Shown here piece by piece: positions 8,462 through 16,103 of a DNA stretch of 37,440 bases. Within the stretch, counting starts at the first letter, position 1. Each line of letters opens with the position of its first letter. The notes below the pieces were generated by a model that worked only from the letters and a program-made list of their open reading frames with translations, ran no database searches and was not told the DNA's origin. The DNA comes from a virus, in IMG/VR virus record IMGVR_UViG_3300043411_000939, positions 1 through 37,440 of that record; one strand, 5' to 3'. Position numbers and translations under genes: made by a program.

Positions 8462-8811
8462 GCCGCTTTCTTAACGTGCCAAAGCCGAATCCTTTTTTTC
8501 CTGCGCGTGATGATTTCTTTATCAGACACGCCAAGTTTTACCTGTTTGGCTTTGTATTCCTCGTTTCTCTCTTTCCAGTTTCTACCAAAGGCCAGATCGT
8601 CCAACACGTCATTAATTGACTGTTGATGGAAATAGGAAATGCGCGACAAGTACATATATTTTTCCACTGACTTAAACCGGGCCGGGAAATTCACTTCGTT
8701 TTTTTCTTTCTTCTTTTTCATTATTCCTTTGTTTCCTTCGTTTGCGTCGCGGCCTCCGACGATTTCAAAATTAAAGTTGTTCATTGCCCGACCGCCTTCC
8801 GACTTGACCAA
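8458..8811 (-). CDS. Hypothetical protein (117 aa)
   Basis: ORF in the operon, Lys-rich. No motif recognised. Confidence 0.55.
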   Translation of the reverse strand: MVKSEGGRAMNNFNFEIVGGRDANEGNKGIMKKKKEKNEVNFPARFKSVEKYMYLSRISYFHQQSINDVLDDLAFGRNWKERNEEYKAKQVKLGVSDKEIITRRKKRIRLWHVKKAA

Positions 8812-9071
8812 AACAGTTTCTCTTCATAAAGGCATTCGAGACATTTCTTATTATCCATGTAGGCGTCGCCGTGATCCAGACACCAATCTTTCTCGCGAAT
8901 CATTTTTTCTTTTTCTTGAATGCAACATTGGAAGTCTGGATTCTCTGCGTTCTCGTAAAAGTCCGCGCTTTTCATGTGGCCCTCGTGGCAACATGCCCCG
9001 TTACATTCCGGGCTATGGCCTTCCGGGGGGTTGTACCAGTTTGGCTTTGGTCCGTTGATCTCTGTCAGCAT
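8781..9071 (-). CDS. Hypothetical Cys/His-rich protein (96 aa)
   Basis: CNGACCHEGH...QCCIQ...WCLDHGD...CLEC suggests a metal-binding miniprotein. First gene after the 9072..9227 intergenic region; GGAGGTG lies upstream of the ATG. Confidence 0.6.
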   Translation of the reverse strand: MLTEINGPKPNWYNPPEGHSPECNGACCHEGHMKSADFYENAENPDFQCCIQEKEKMIREKDWCLDHGDAYMDNKKCLECLYEEKLFWSSRKAVGQ

Positions 9072-9132
9072 TTTTACACCTCCGACGAATCGATAGTAGG
9101 TTTAACATCGCGCCTAATCGAATGTCATTTCT

Positions 9133-9140
9133 TGATATCA
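9133..9140. promoter_or_regulatory. TGATATCA palindrome, copy 1 of 3 (candidate operator)
   Basis: The 8-bp palindrome occurs only at 9133, 11751 and 14474, and all three copies are intergenic. This copy shares TGATATCAGGG with the 11751 site read on the other strand. Confidence 0.35.
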
Positions 9141-9193
9141 GGGTTATTCACCCTTTTTTTGAGTTGGTCAAGCTAATTCTCTTCTAAATTAAT

Positions 9194-9223
9194 GCGGGTC
9201 GCCAAGGCCGTTGGACAACCCGC
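9194..9223 (-). terminator. Hairpin / weak terminator after gene 9228..9530
   Basis: GCGGGT-TGT-CCAA-CGGCC-TTGG-CG-ACCCGC on the minus strand, followed by ATTAATTT (a modest U-run). Confidence 0.35.
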
Positions 9224-9227
9224 AAAA

Positions 9228-9530
9228 TCATTGATCTCTATTAATCTCTTCGGCAATCCTAGAAATCTCTCTCTCGTAAAGTCTCTTCGCCTCGTTGTCT
9301 ACCATGACCTTACGATTCGCGCCATTTAGACTCGAAACATCTTTGTTAAGAGCTTCGCAATATTGGATCGCAATCCAACGATATACATCCCGCTCAACGG
9401 CCATGTCGTGTAGTTCAACGCTCAAAATCACGTGTTGAAATTCGCGCCTGTCTTTCATGCCCTTATCAACGTTCTTGATCTCAGAAAATATTTTCTCAAC
9501 GTCAGATGGAAAATGTTCGCGTATTGTCAT
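9228..9530 (-). CDS. Hypothetical protein (100 aa)
   Basis: ORF abutting the upstream stop. Confidence 0.6.
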   Translation of the reverse strand: MTIREHFPSDVEKIFSEIKNVDKGMKDRREFQHVILSVELHDMAVERDVYRWIAIQYCEALNKDVSSLNGANRKVMVDNEAKRLYEREISRIAEEINRDQ

Positions 9531-9731
9531 TTAAGAGATTTTTACGATGGAACAAAACTCCGCCAGTTTTAAAAGAGCAGGGGCATATAATTCAGCCACC
9601 AGTTTCTTATGGAGTTCCGGCTGTTTTTCCTCTGTCGATTTCCAGCAAGCTTGTAAGGCTTTTATTTTTTCCACAGTGTCGGAAGAAATAGTATCCCACT
9701 GAACATCTTCATATTTATATTTAAAGTTCAT
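9531..9731 (-). CDS. Hypothetical protein (66 aa from MNFKYKYED...; the ORF track extends it to 9791)
   Basis: The internal ATG at 9731 gives an 11-nt overlap with the radC-like stop, instead of a 70-nt overlap. Confidence 0.5.
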   Translation of the reverse strand: MNFKYKYEDVQWDTISSDTVEKIKALQACWKSTEEKQPELHKKLVAELYAPALLKLAEFCSIVKIS

Positions 9732-10278
9732 AGTTCTCATTCCGATGGCTGTAATATTTGTCCGTCCCATCTCCCACCACAATAAAATCACGCATGGGGG
9801 TGTTCAGGCGTTGCCCCAATTCCCGGAACTCTTCCAAAATCAGTTTGTCTTCATCGCTCAAGAAAATCTTCCCGGATGGATGATTGTGACCAAGAATAAA
9901 TCCATGCGCGAGAAACAGCGGCGACAGAACAATCGAAAAAACTTGTTTCGGGTCAACCATGACATGATTCGTTGAACCGATGCCGACCGTCTTTGTAAGG
10001 ATTGGATAGTTATCAACATTTAGAAGAATCAAAACCATCACTTCGATGCCATCCCCATGGTGGTTGTGCTGAATGCTTATCTCATTGCGAATCAAGTCAA
10101 CCGCAATTTGCGGCGCCGATATGGATTCCTTTGGGATAGACATCACGCCATCTCTGACCATTTTCATCCTAGGGATATCAACAAACTCTTGGCGTTTGGG
10201 CGCTGGTTGGATGGCGCGTCTTTTCGCGTCTTCAAATAATTCTCTAAAGAGTTTTTGGTTTTGCTTTCGTTGTTCCAT
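9721..10278 (-). CDS. RadC-like JAB/MPN domain protein
   Basis: GFILGHNHPSGKIFLSDEDKLILEEF matches the RadC JAMM motif (H-x-H-P-S-G...S-x-x-D). Confidence 0.8.
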   Translation of the reverse strand: MEQRKQNQKLFRELFEDAKRRAIQPAPKRQEFVDIPRMKMVRDGVMSIPKESISAPQIAVDLIRNEISIQHNHHGDGIEVMVLILLNVDNYPILTKTVGIGSTNHVMVDPKQVFSIVLSPLFLAHGFILGHNHPSGKIFLSDEDKLILEEFRELGQRLNTPMRDFIVVGDGTDKYYSHRNENYEL

Positions 10279-10503
10279 TTATTTTTCATCCAAATGTTTT
10301 TTATAGGCTTCTGCAATTCTTCCAAGCCCAGAATTGATAACCCCATAAGACTGAAGCTTAAAAAGATCACCGTGCCTTTCATTCCAAAGAAGATGGCTTC
10401 CCGCTATCGGGATGCCTTCATAGTTTTCACCAAAAGCCCATTTCATTCCTTCAACGGGATCAAGTCCAAGCTTTATGAAATAGGGGTGATAGTCTGGGGC
10501 CAT
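10279..10503 (-). CDS. Hypothetical protein (74 aa)
   Basis: ORF abutting both neighbours with zero spacing. Confidence 0.55.
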   Translation of the reverse strand: MAPDYHPYFIKLGLDPVEGMKWAFGENYEGIPIAGSHLLWNERHGDLFKLQSYGVINSGLGRIAEAYKKHLDEK

Positions 10504-10698
10504 TTATTTTTCACATGCCTTTAATTCATGCTTCCCATAAAATCTTGCTTTCCCTGTTGTTTGCGGCAAGTGTCGAGGCGTTAATCCGCTTGCCCCTGTG
10601 GTAACAATCTTTTTACAAACAGGGCATGAATATTGATCAGGAAAAATTACGGACCGAACAGATTTCATTATCGACCCTTTGCACTCATCAACTTTCAT
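10504..10698 (-). CDS. Hypothetical zinc-ribbon-like protein (64 aa)
   Basis: CPVCKK plus additional Cys residues. ATGA-type overlap with the upstream gene. Confidence 0.5.
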   Translation of the reverse strand: MKVDECKGSIMKSVRSVIFPDQYSCPVCKKIVTTGASGLTPRHLPQTTGKARFYGKHELKACEK

Positions 10699-10937
10699 TG
10701 CGGCAAATTAGAAAGATATTTCGTCATCCATTTGTCTGACTCATATGTCGCTTTTTTTAGGTAGTTGTCCAGCATAATTTGCTCTTTTGTTCTTTGCTCT
10801 TTTGTTTTTTCTGGGTAGGTCATCTCAACAACTTGAACGCATTGTTGCGGTGGTTGTTGATAAAGGCTGCTTTGTTCAACTGTTTTAAATAGATTGAGCG
10901 CAAAATTTCCGATCATGATAATTTCAGTAATTCCCAT
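10695..10937 (-). CDS. Hypothetical small membrane protein (81 aa from MGITEIIMIGNFALNLF; the ORF track extends it to 10991)
   Basis: The internal ATG at 10937 lies 4 nt after the upstream stop (10942). The N-terminus is hydrophobic. Confidence 0.5.
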   Translation of the reverse strand: MGITEIIMIGNFALNLFKTVEQSSLYQQPPQQCVQVVEMTYPEKTKEQRTKEQIMLDNYLKKATYESDKWMTKYLSNLPQ

Positions 10938-10941
10938 AAAA

Positions 10942-11367
10942 TTATAATCCTCCTCTGAAAATGGGGCTTCCGTTTTTAATCCATTCTTCATACGTCGGAT
11001 GTTTCGGGACTTTTATCCCCACTTCTTTTAACTCCTCGGCTCCCACATTCCCTTTTTCCGGCAATGACGGATGGTTGCTTTCGATGATGAAAAAAGAGGC
11101 ATAAGGTTTTATTTCTTCAAATCCCGGATTGTAATAAGCGAACTTTGCGACCACTTTTGTTTTGCTCATGACTTCCTTAAAGGTTGTCTGGCCTTCCATT
11201 TCGAGTGCGTTTTGTCTTTGACGTGAAAACCCGGCATACCACGCGCTTTTTCTAGCGGCCTCAAGAATAGTTTGCTCATCTTTGCTGAGTGACCGCCCGT
11301 CCCGTTTCGCACGCTCAGCAACAACACCGGCACGAATTAGCATAGATTCAACGTTTGTTCCGTTCAT
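10942..11367 (-). CDS. Hypothetical protein (141 aa)
   Basis: ORF in the operon, with ATGA overlap to the upstream gene. Confidence 0.6.
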   Translation of the reverse strand: MNGTNVESMLIRAGVVAERAKRDGRSLSKDEQTILEAARKSAWYAGFSRQRQNALEMEGQTTFKEVMSKTKVVAKFAYYNPGFEEIKPYASFFIIESNHPSLPEKGNVGAEELKEVGIKVPKHPTYEEWIKNGSPIFRGGL

Positions 11368-11555
11368 ACTTTTGCCACCTTTTCCGGGTAAAACACGCTG
11401 ATCAACAAATCAATCACTTTTAATTCTTCATTCAATTCCCGGATTCTTTCACGTCGCTTTTTTTCGTTGCTTGCTTTTTCTTTTTTCTCTTTCAAATATG
11501 AAAGTGTGTTTAAAATATCTTTTCTTTCGAGTAGTAAATGTGGGTAGTCGTTCAT
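11364..11555 (-). CDS. Hypothetical coiled-coil protein (63 aa from MNDYPHLLLER; the ORF track extends it to 11639)
   Basis: The ATG at 11555 directly follows the TAA of the upstream 48-aa ORF (TAATATG). Lys/Glu-rich. Confidence 0.5.
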   Translation of the reverse strand: MNDYPHLLLERKDILNTLSYLKEKKEKASNEKKRRERIRELNEELKVIDLLISVFYPEKVAKV

Positions 11556-11556
11556 A

Positions 11557-11703
11557 TTAATACCCCAAGAAATAACGAACGTCTTGAACGTGGTAGGTTT
11601 CAACGTCACCGAATTGTTTAAAAAAGCAGTCCAAATCAAACGCGCTCATCGCATGGTCTTTCAGCATCTTTACGGCTTCGTCTTTCGTGATCATGTTTTT
11701 CAT
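11557..11703 (-). CDS. 48-aa hypothetical protein, first gene of the early operon (below the ORF-track cutoff)
   Basis: Hand translation gives MKNMITKDEAVKMLKDHAMSAFDLDCFFKQFGDVETYHVQDVRYFLGY. GGAGG lies 6 nt upstream of the ATG, and the gene sits downstream of the promoter at 11740..11768. Confidence 0.5.
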   Translation of the reverse strand: MKNMITKDEAVKMLKDHAMSAFDLDCFFKQFGDVETYHVQDVRYFLGY

Positions 11704-11739
11704 ATGCGGCCTCCATATGTTTCGATTTGCTTATAACTA

Positions 11740-11768
11740 ATTATGTCCCCTGATATCATAATTGTCAA
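11740..11768 (-). promoter_or_regulatory. Sigma70-type promoter (minus strand) with a TGATATCA palindrome in the spacer
   Basis: The minus strand reads TTGACA (11768..11763), a 17-nt spacer, then CATAAT (11745..11740). The spacer contains TGATATCA (11751..11758). Confidence 0.55.
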
Positions 11769-11833
11769 CAAGTATTATGCGGATATAATATTGGTTGGTG
11801 TTTTCGATGCGAAATAACGTGGCGAAATAGTGG

Positions 11834-13249
11834 CTAAATATCTCCTTCTTTTTGCTTATTTTCAACATGGGGGTCGGCGTTGTACTCTGCGACCTTTTCC
11901 CGCGCAATTAAAAGGTTTGGGCGAACCTTAATTTCAAGGATATCCTTGCCATCGGTGGCGTCAATAATTTTGCCGCGGGTAACCTTCAACATATAGTCGA
12001 TCTTATCCGCCGTTTCAATTAAAGATGCAAAAAACGAGTCGCCATCCCAAGTCGTTGTTTCGTGCAATTGTTTAAGTGCTTTTTTGAATTCGCGAAATCT
12101 GGTGCTTTTGTAATTGTGCCAGTCCGCCTTTGGAAGAAAAAGCTTCTTAATTAAATTGGCTAAGGTTATTTTGAAACCCTCCCCGCCATCATTTTTATTT
12201 GATACACGAGACTCAATATATTGCTGTATCTTGATAGCCAATTCGTTTTTGTTGTTTATCTGTTTCAAATTGTCTTTGGACCTGAGAACGGTTTTCCTCA
12301 TTAGTAAACTATGACTATAGAATTCCGAAAAAGTCACCTTAAAAACAAGGTCTGTCTTTTTATCCGACTCAGAATGGATAACGATGGGTTTGTCGATAAA
12401 ATAAACGGTGACTGTTTTTCGTTTCTCTTTTTCAAACCCAGGCAATCCCGCAAAATCCCAATAATAAGAAATCCCTCCGATTCGGCTAACACGCCGCGCC
12501 AAATCTTTTAAATTTTTACCACCGAATTTCTGATATCCAAGTTTATCCGCCAATCGTCTAATTGAAAATTGACACCAACATTTAACATGGTCGCCGCTGG
12601 TTTTTTTATGTCCGTCTTCTTGCCAAATTAAAACTATCTTTTTAATAATCTCCGTATCTTCAACGGTCAACATCCCCCAATCATTATCGTTTGGGAACCC
12701 CTTTCCACGAGCCATAGGGATTTCGTATTCGTTCCCGTCAACAAAGCGAATGGTAGTTTTAACCATATCGCTTTTGTTCTTATTTTTATCGGTTGAAAGA
12801 GTTGAATATTCAGGGCCAAAGAAAGTAGGGACAGGGATTCCCATGTTACTGTAGGGCTTATCCATAAACGAATCAAAACGAATGGTCGCCTCTGTTTTAT
12901 TTTCAAGTTTCTCTTTAAAGTTTTCATCTTTCTCGGTCGCCGTCATGATGTCACCAACCGAATCAAAGAAACAACTACGGGATCTCCTTTCAACGAATTT
13001 GCCAGCCCCCAAATCGGAAATAAGACGAGTCAGCATTGTGGTGAAAAATTTAGCGGGATCCATAATGGTTTTATCCCCGTCCCTTGTTTTAAGCAAATAA
13101 CACAGTTCCCCAAACTCTTCCCTAAACATGCCCTCCCCGCATTTTTCAAGAGCCTGTAAATAGAAAGGGCGGCTTTGTGGTGATTTGGTTATCGCCACAA
13201 CCTCGTTTAAAAGTTGGTCTATTCTGTCTTTGTCGTTGAAGTTATCCAC
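11834..13249 (-). CDS. Replication initiator, Rep_3/RepB-like (iteron-binding, inferred)
   Basis: 471 aa, immediately downstream of the iteron array. Winged-helix-like segments include FSIRRLADKLGY..GGKNLKDLARRVSRI, ELAIKIQQYIESR and FKITLANLIKKLFLP...Y.STRFREFKKALKQLHE, judged by eye. Confidence 0.6.
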   Translation of the reverse strand: MDNFNDKDRIDQLLNEVVAITKSPQSRPFYLQALEKCGEGMFREEFGELCYLLKTRDGDKTIMDPAKFFTTMLTRLISDLGAGKFVERRSRSCFFDSVGDIMTATEKDENFKEKLENKTEATIRFDSFMDKPYSNMGIPVPTFFGPEYSTLSTDKNKNKSDMVKTTIRFVDGNEYEIPMARGKGFPNDNDWGMLTVEDTEIIKKIVLIWQEDGHKKTSGDHVKCWCQFSIRRLADKLGYQKFGGKNLKDLARRVSRIGGISYYWDFAGLPGFEKEKRKTVTVYFIDKPIVIHSESDKKTDLVFKVTFSEFYSHSLLMRKTVLRSKDNLKQINNKNELAIKIQQYIESRVSNKNDGGEGFKITLANLIKKLFLPKADWHNYKSTRFREFKKALKQLHETTTWDGDSFFASLIETADKIDYMLKVTRGKIIDATDGKDILEIKVRPNLLIAREKVAEYNADPHVENKQKEGDI

Positions 13250-13284
13250 AATTTTGAAAATTCATTCCCCTCTTAATGATTTAT

Positions 13285-13312
13285 CTTAAAGCATTAAAAC
13301 TTAAAGCATTAA
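13285..13312. repeat. Two 13-bp direct repeats CTTAAAGCATTAA in an AT-rich stretch between rep and the iterons
   Basis: Copies lie at 13285..13297 and 13300..13312. The second merges into the 10-bp palindrome GCATTAATGC (13306..13315). Candidate DNA-unwinding element or rep operator. Confidence 0.6.
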
Positions 13313-13342
13313 TGCTAGAAGCCCGGTTTTCATAGACGAGCA

Positions 13343-13510
13343 TTTGTACGTCGGACCATGCCCCCCCCCTCTTTTTTGTACGTCGGACCATGCCCCCCCC
13401 CTCTTTTTTGTACGTCGGACCATGGCATTTGTACGTCGGACCATGGGTCGGAAGGGGTTATCCACAGCTTTTGTACGTCAGGCCATGGCCGATTTGTACG
13501 TCAACCCATG
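13343..13510. repeat. Iteron array (origin of replication): six 18-bp direct repeats TTTGTACGTCGGACCATG
   Basis: Four perfect copies start at 13343, 13375, 13407 and 13428. Two variants are TTTGTACGTCAGGCCATG (13470) and TTTGTACGTCAACCCATG (13493). Spacings are 32, 32, 21, 42 and 23 bp, close to whole helical turns. Confidence 0.85.
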
Positions 13511-13522
13511 GACTAAAAACAC

Positions 13523-13870
13523 TTAATTTTCCATTGCCCTTTGTGAAAGAGCTTTATCCCAAAAATGTTCATATAGAAATCGCTCAAAAAGGCTACTGTT
13601 CCCGTATTTCGTATAAAAATACCGCATCAATTTACAGATTGTTCCGTTAAGTTTAATCTTTTCAATATCCCCGTTTTCTCCGTATGCGACATTTTCAATA
13701 AACGGCCCTATTTGACCATCTGGATGCTCGTCGATCATTATTTTAAAACAAGCCTCTTCATCCTGTTTCTGTTCCGGCCACGGCAAAGAAAGCAACTTTG
13801 CTAAATTTTTCGAATGCGTTAATTCGTCAACATTCAAAGCAGCCTCTAATCTTTCATCAATCCATCCCAT
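13523..13870 (-). CDS. Hypothetical protein (115 aa from MGWIDERLE; the ORF track extends it to 13978)
   Basis: The ATG at 13870 is preceded by AAGGAGGG at 5-6 nt. The longer version would overlap the upstream gene. Confidence 0.55.
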   Translation of the reverse strand: MGWIDERLEAALNVDELTHSKNLAKLLSLPWPEQKQDEEACFKIMIDEHPDGQIGPFIENVAYGENGDIEKIKLNGTICKLMRYFYTKYGNSSLFERFLYEHFWDKALSQRAMEN

Positions 13871-13955
13871 TCCAGCCCTCCTTACGCGATTTTCATGTTT
13901 TGCATGACATAGCCCGTTTCCACAACAAAATGCAACCTTGGACGTTCTAGGCCCG

Positions 13956-14462
13956 TTAAACCCGAACCCCCGTTTCAAAGAGCGACAAAACCCGACATTC
14001 CCGGTTTTCAGCCTTTGGAATCCAAAGGAAATTCGCGTTCGTATAGGGGGCTAATAAATAGCGACATTCTTGCCACAATTGGCGGATGGTGTCGTTTTCG
14101 GGGGCGGGGCGGTTGGTGGTAAAGGATTCGATGACCATTCGACTATCGTTTCGGAACGCACAATAATGGTCGGTCCAGTTCCGGTCAACCATCCATTTAA
14201 GGGCTTCCCTTAACGCGATAAACCGGGAAATAAGATCGTTTCCGCTGAATTCGGGAAGGTTTGGAATCGGGCCGGAATCTTTAAATATTTGTTGGCCGTT
14301 TAAGTGGGCGATGAAAGACCAAGCGGATTCATGCGGCGGGAATTCGTGATAGATGCCATCGAAATAAATCGTGATGTTGTCGGCGCGGTTGGGTTTCTTT
14401 GGTGGTGGCATACGCTCAATGGTTCTCCGTTGTTTTGATTGAAAGCGCGGAAGTTCTAGCAC
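13956..14462 (-). CDS. RNase H-like domain protein
   Basis: ITIYFDG (Asp), ISRFIALREAL (Glu), AFRNDSRMVI (Asp) and IPKAENRECRVL follow the order of RNase HI/RVT_3 catalytic motifs. The ORF-track start is a GTG; an alternative ATG lies at 14411. Confidence 0.5.
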   Translation of the reverse strand: MLELPRFQSKQRRTIERMPPPKKPNRADNITIYFDGIYHEFPPHESAWSFIAHLNGQQIFKDSGPIPNLPEFSGNDLISRFIALREALKWMVDRNWTDHYCAFRNDSRMVIESFTTNRPAPENDTIRQLWQECRYLLAPYTNANFLWIPKAENRECRVLSLFETGVRV

Positions 14463-14542
14463 ATTTTAAAACGTGATATCACCATTATTTAAAAATAATC
14501 CTTCCCTAAGAAAATAAAAAGCTTTAAGTCGAACTTTGTGCA
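14463..14542. promoter_or_regulatory. Divergent AT-rich control region between the minus-strand early arm and the plus-strand recombination block
   Basis: An 80-bp AT-rich gap between divergent genes. It contains the 10-bp palindrome GTGATATCAC (14473..14482), which includes the third TGATATCA copy, and ATTATTT-AA-AAATAAT (14484..14499). Confidence 0.45.
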
Positions 14543-14962
14543 ATGGAAACAGAAATTACGGTTCAAAAACTTCGTGATGGTTGGCTTTTTTTCATGCCGT
14601 TATGTCCTTCAACCAACGCGAGGATGCAGCCGGTACGCATGGGTCGGCACTGTCAATCCATTCTGACAACAGAGGCAAGAAACTACATCGCCTCGACGGC
14701 CATTCAGTTGAAGGCGCACATGAAAGTAAACAAGATTAAACCGATCGAAACTTTCACTTATATGGATTTGTGGTTTATTTTGCCGAGAACGAATTGTGAC
14801 GCTCACAACTACGGGAAAGTGTTGTTTGACGCCATGGAAGAAGGCGGGTTTGTCACCAACGACAAGTTCATTTTGCCGCGAATTATGGGTGTGTCTTTTG
14901 ATGCGAAAAATAGCGCCGTTGTCGCCAAGATCCCGTTTTGTCGTACCGCTCCTAAGCCTTGA
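14543..14962 (+). CDS. rusA: RusA-family Holliday junction resolvase
   Basis: 139 aa. PSTNARMQP (the PPS.N-like insertion motif) and CDAHNYGKVLFDAMEEGGFVTNDKFI match the D.DN..K...D......DD core of RusA. Confidence 0.65.
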   Translation: METEITVQKLRDGWLFFMPLCPSTNARMQPVRMGRHCQSILTTEARNYIASTAIQLKAHMKVNKIKPIETFTYMDLWFILPRTNCDAHNYGKVLFDAMEEGGFVTNDKFILPRIMGVSFDAKNSAVVAKIPFCRTAPKP

Positions 14963-15113
14963 TCAAGGTATAAATTGGGTCGCTTGTTTGGTGTGTCGCC
15001 TAACACATCCCAACGGCGGCCCTTTTTTATTCATGATATTAAAATAGGCGTTGACTTCTAACGTAATCTCTAATATCATGGATGACAACAACGAACGCCA
15101 TGGAGGTCTTCTT

Positions 15114-16100
15114 ATGTTGCCGCAAAAGTCAGAACAAAACACACCAACCGAACCTGTTAAATCACCCGCCCTTCATGTCGTAAACCCACAAAGAATGGAC
15201 CGCACAAAATACATTGGCGGAACTGATGCCGCCGCGATTTGCGGGCTCTCGCAATGGAAAACACCAATACAAGTTTGGGCTTTGAAGACCGGGAAAATTC
15301 AAGAGGAAGATATTAGCGACAAGCTTCCCGTGAAACTCGGAATCAAACTTGAACAAACTGTTTGCGAATTGTTCATGGAAGAAACCGGAAAGAAATTACA
15401 CCGGGTTAATGAAACGCTTTTTCATCCGAAACATAAATTCATTGGCGCAAATATTGATCGCCGGGTTGTTGGTGAGAACGCTATCTTTGAAGCGAAAACA
15501 TGCTCCGCCTACAAAGATAAAGAATGGGCGAACGGAGAAATCCCTGCTGACTATATTCTGCAATGCCATCATTATTTGATGGTCACGGGCGCAGAACGTT
15601 GTTATCTCGCCGTCTTAATCGGGAATCAGGATTTTCAAATCAGAATTATTGAACGTGACGAAAAGGTGATGGCTTCATTGCTGGAAAGAGAAGTTTTATT
15701 CTGGAAGGATTATGTCGAAGCCGACATCATGCCGTGGGTTGTGACGCACCGAGACGGCGACACTATTTCCCAATTGTATCCCGTGGCCGATGAGGCAAAA
15801 GAAATAACGCTGGGTGATGACGCCAATAAACTAATCGAAAACCTGAAAGCCTTTGAAGCCGATCAAAAGAATCTCGACAATCTCATCAAACAGCACAAAA
15901 ACGAACTTAAACTTTTACTTGGTGACGCCATCCAAGGCTCAACCGGCATCAACCGCGTTCGCTGGATTAATTCCAAGCAATCTAATCTTGACGGAAAAGG
16001 TTTGCTTGAAAAATATCCGGACATCCACAAAGAATTTTATAGCAGTACCCCCGTTAGGCGATTCAGTTGTGGGGCAATTAAGAAGGAAAAGGAAGGATAA
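15114..16100 (+). CDS. YqaJ-like (lambda Exo-type, PD-(D/E)XK) recombination exonuclease
   Basis: YIGGTDAAAICGLSQWKTPIQVWALKTGK ... IDRRV ... IFEAKT ... QCHHYLMVTG. The ATG at 15114 has GGAGG 7 nt upstream; the ORF track starts it at a TTG at 15051. Confidence 0.85.
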   Translation: MLPQKSEQNTPTEPVKSPALHVVNPQRMDRTKYIGGTDAAAICGLSQWKTPIQVWALKTGKIQEEDISDKLPVKLGIKLEQTVCELFMEETGKKLHRVNETLFHPKHKFIGANIDRRVVGENAIFEAKTCSAYKDKEWANGEIPADYILQCHHYLMVTGAERCYLAVLIGNQDFQIRIIERDEKVMASLLEREVLFWKDYVEADIMPWVVTHRDGDTISQLYPVADEAKEITLGDDANKLIENLKAFEADQKNLDNLIKQHKNELKLLLGDAIQGSTGINRVRWINSKQSNLDGKGLLEKYPDIHKEFYSSTPVRRFSCGAIKKEKEG

Positions 16101-16103
16101 GCA

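Noticed and set aside
13343-13510. Could the 18-bp direct repeats be a mini CRISPR array?
   Set aside because: The spacers are only 3-24 bp and two are identical (C9-TCTTT). The repeats are not palindromic in the CRISPR manner. No cas genes are present. Helical phasing next to a Rep gene fits iterons.
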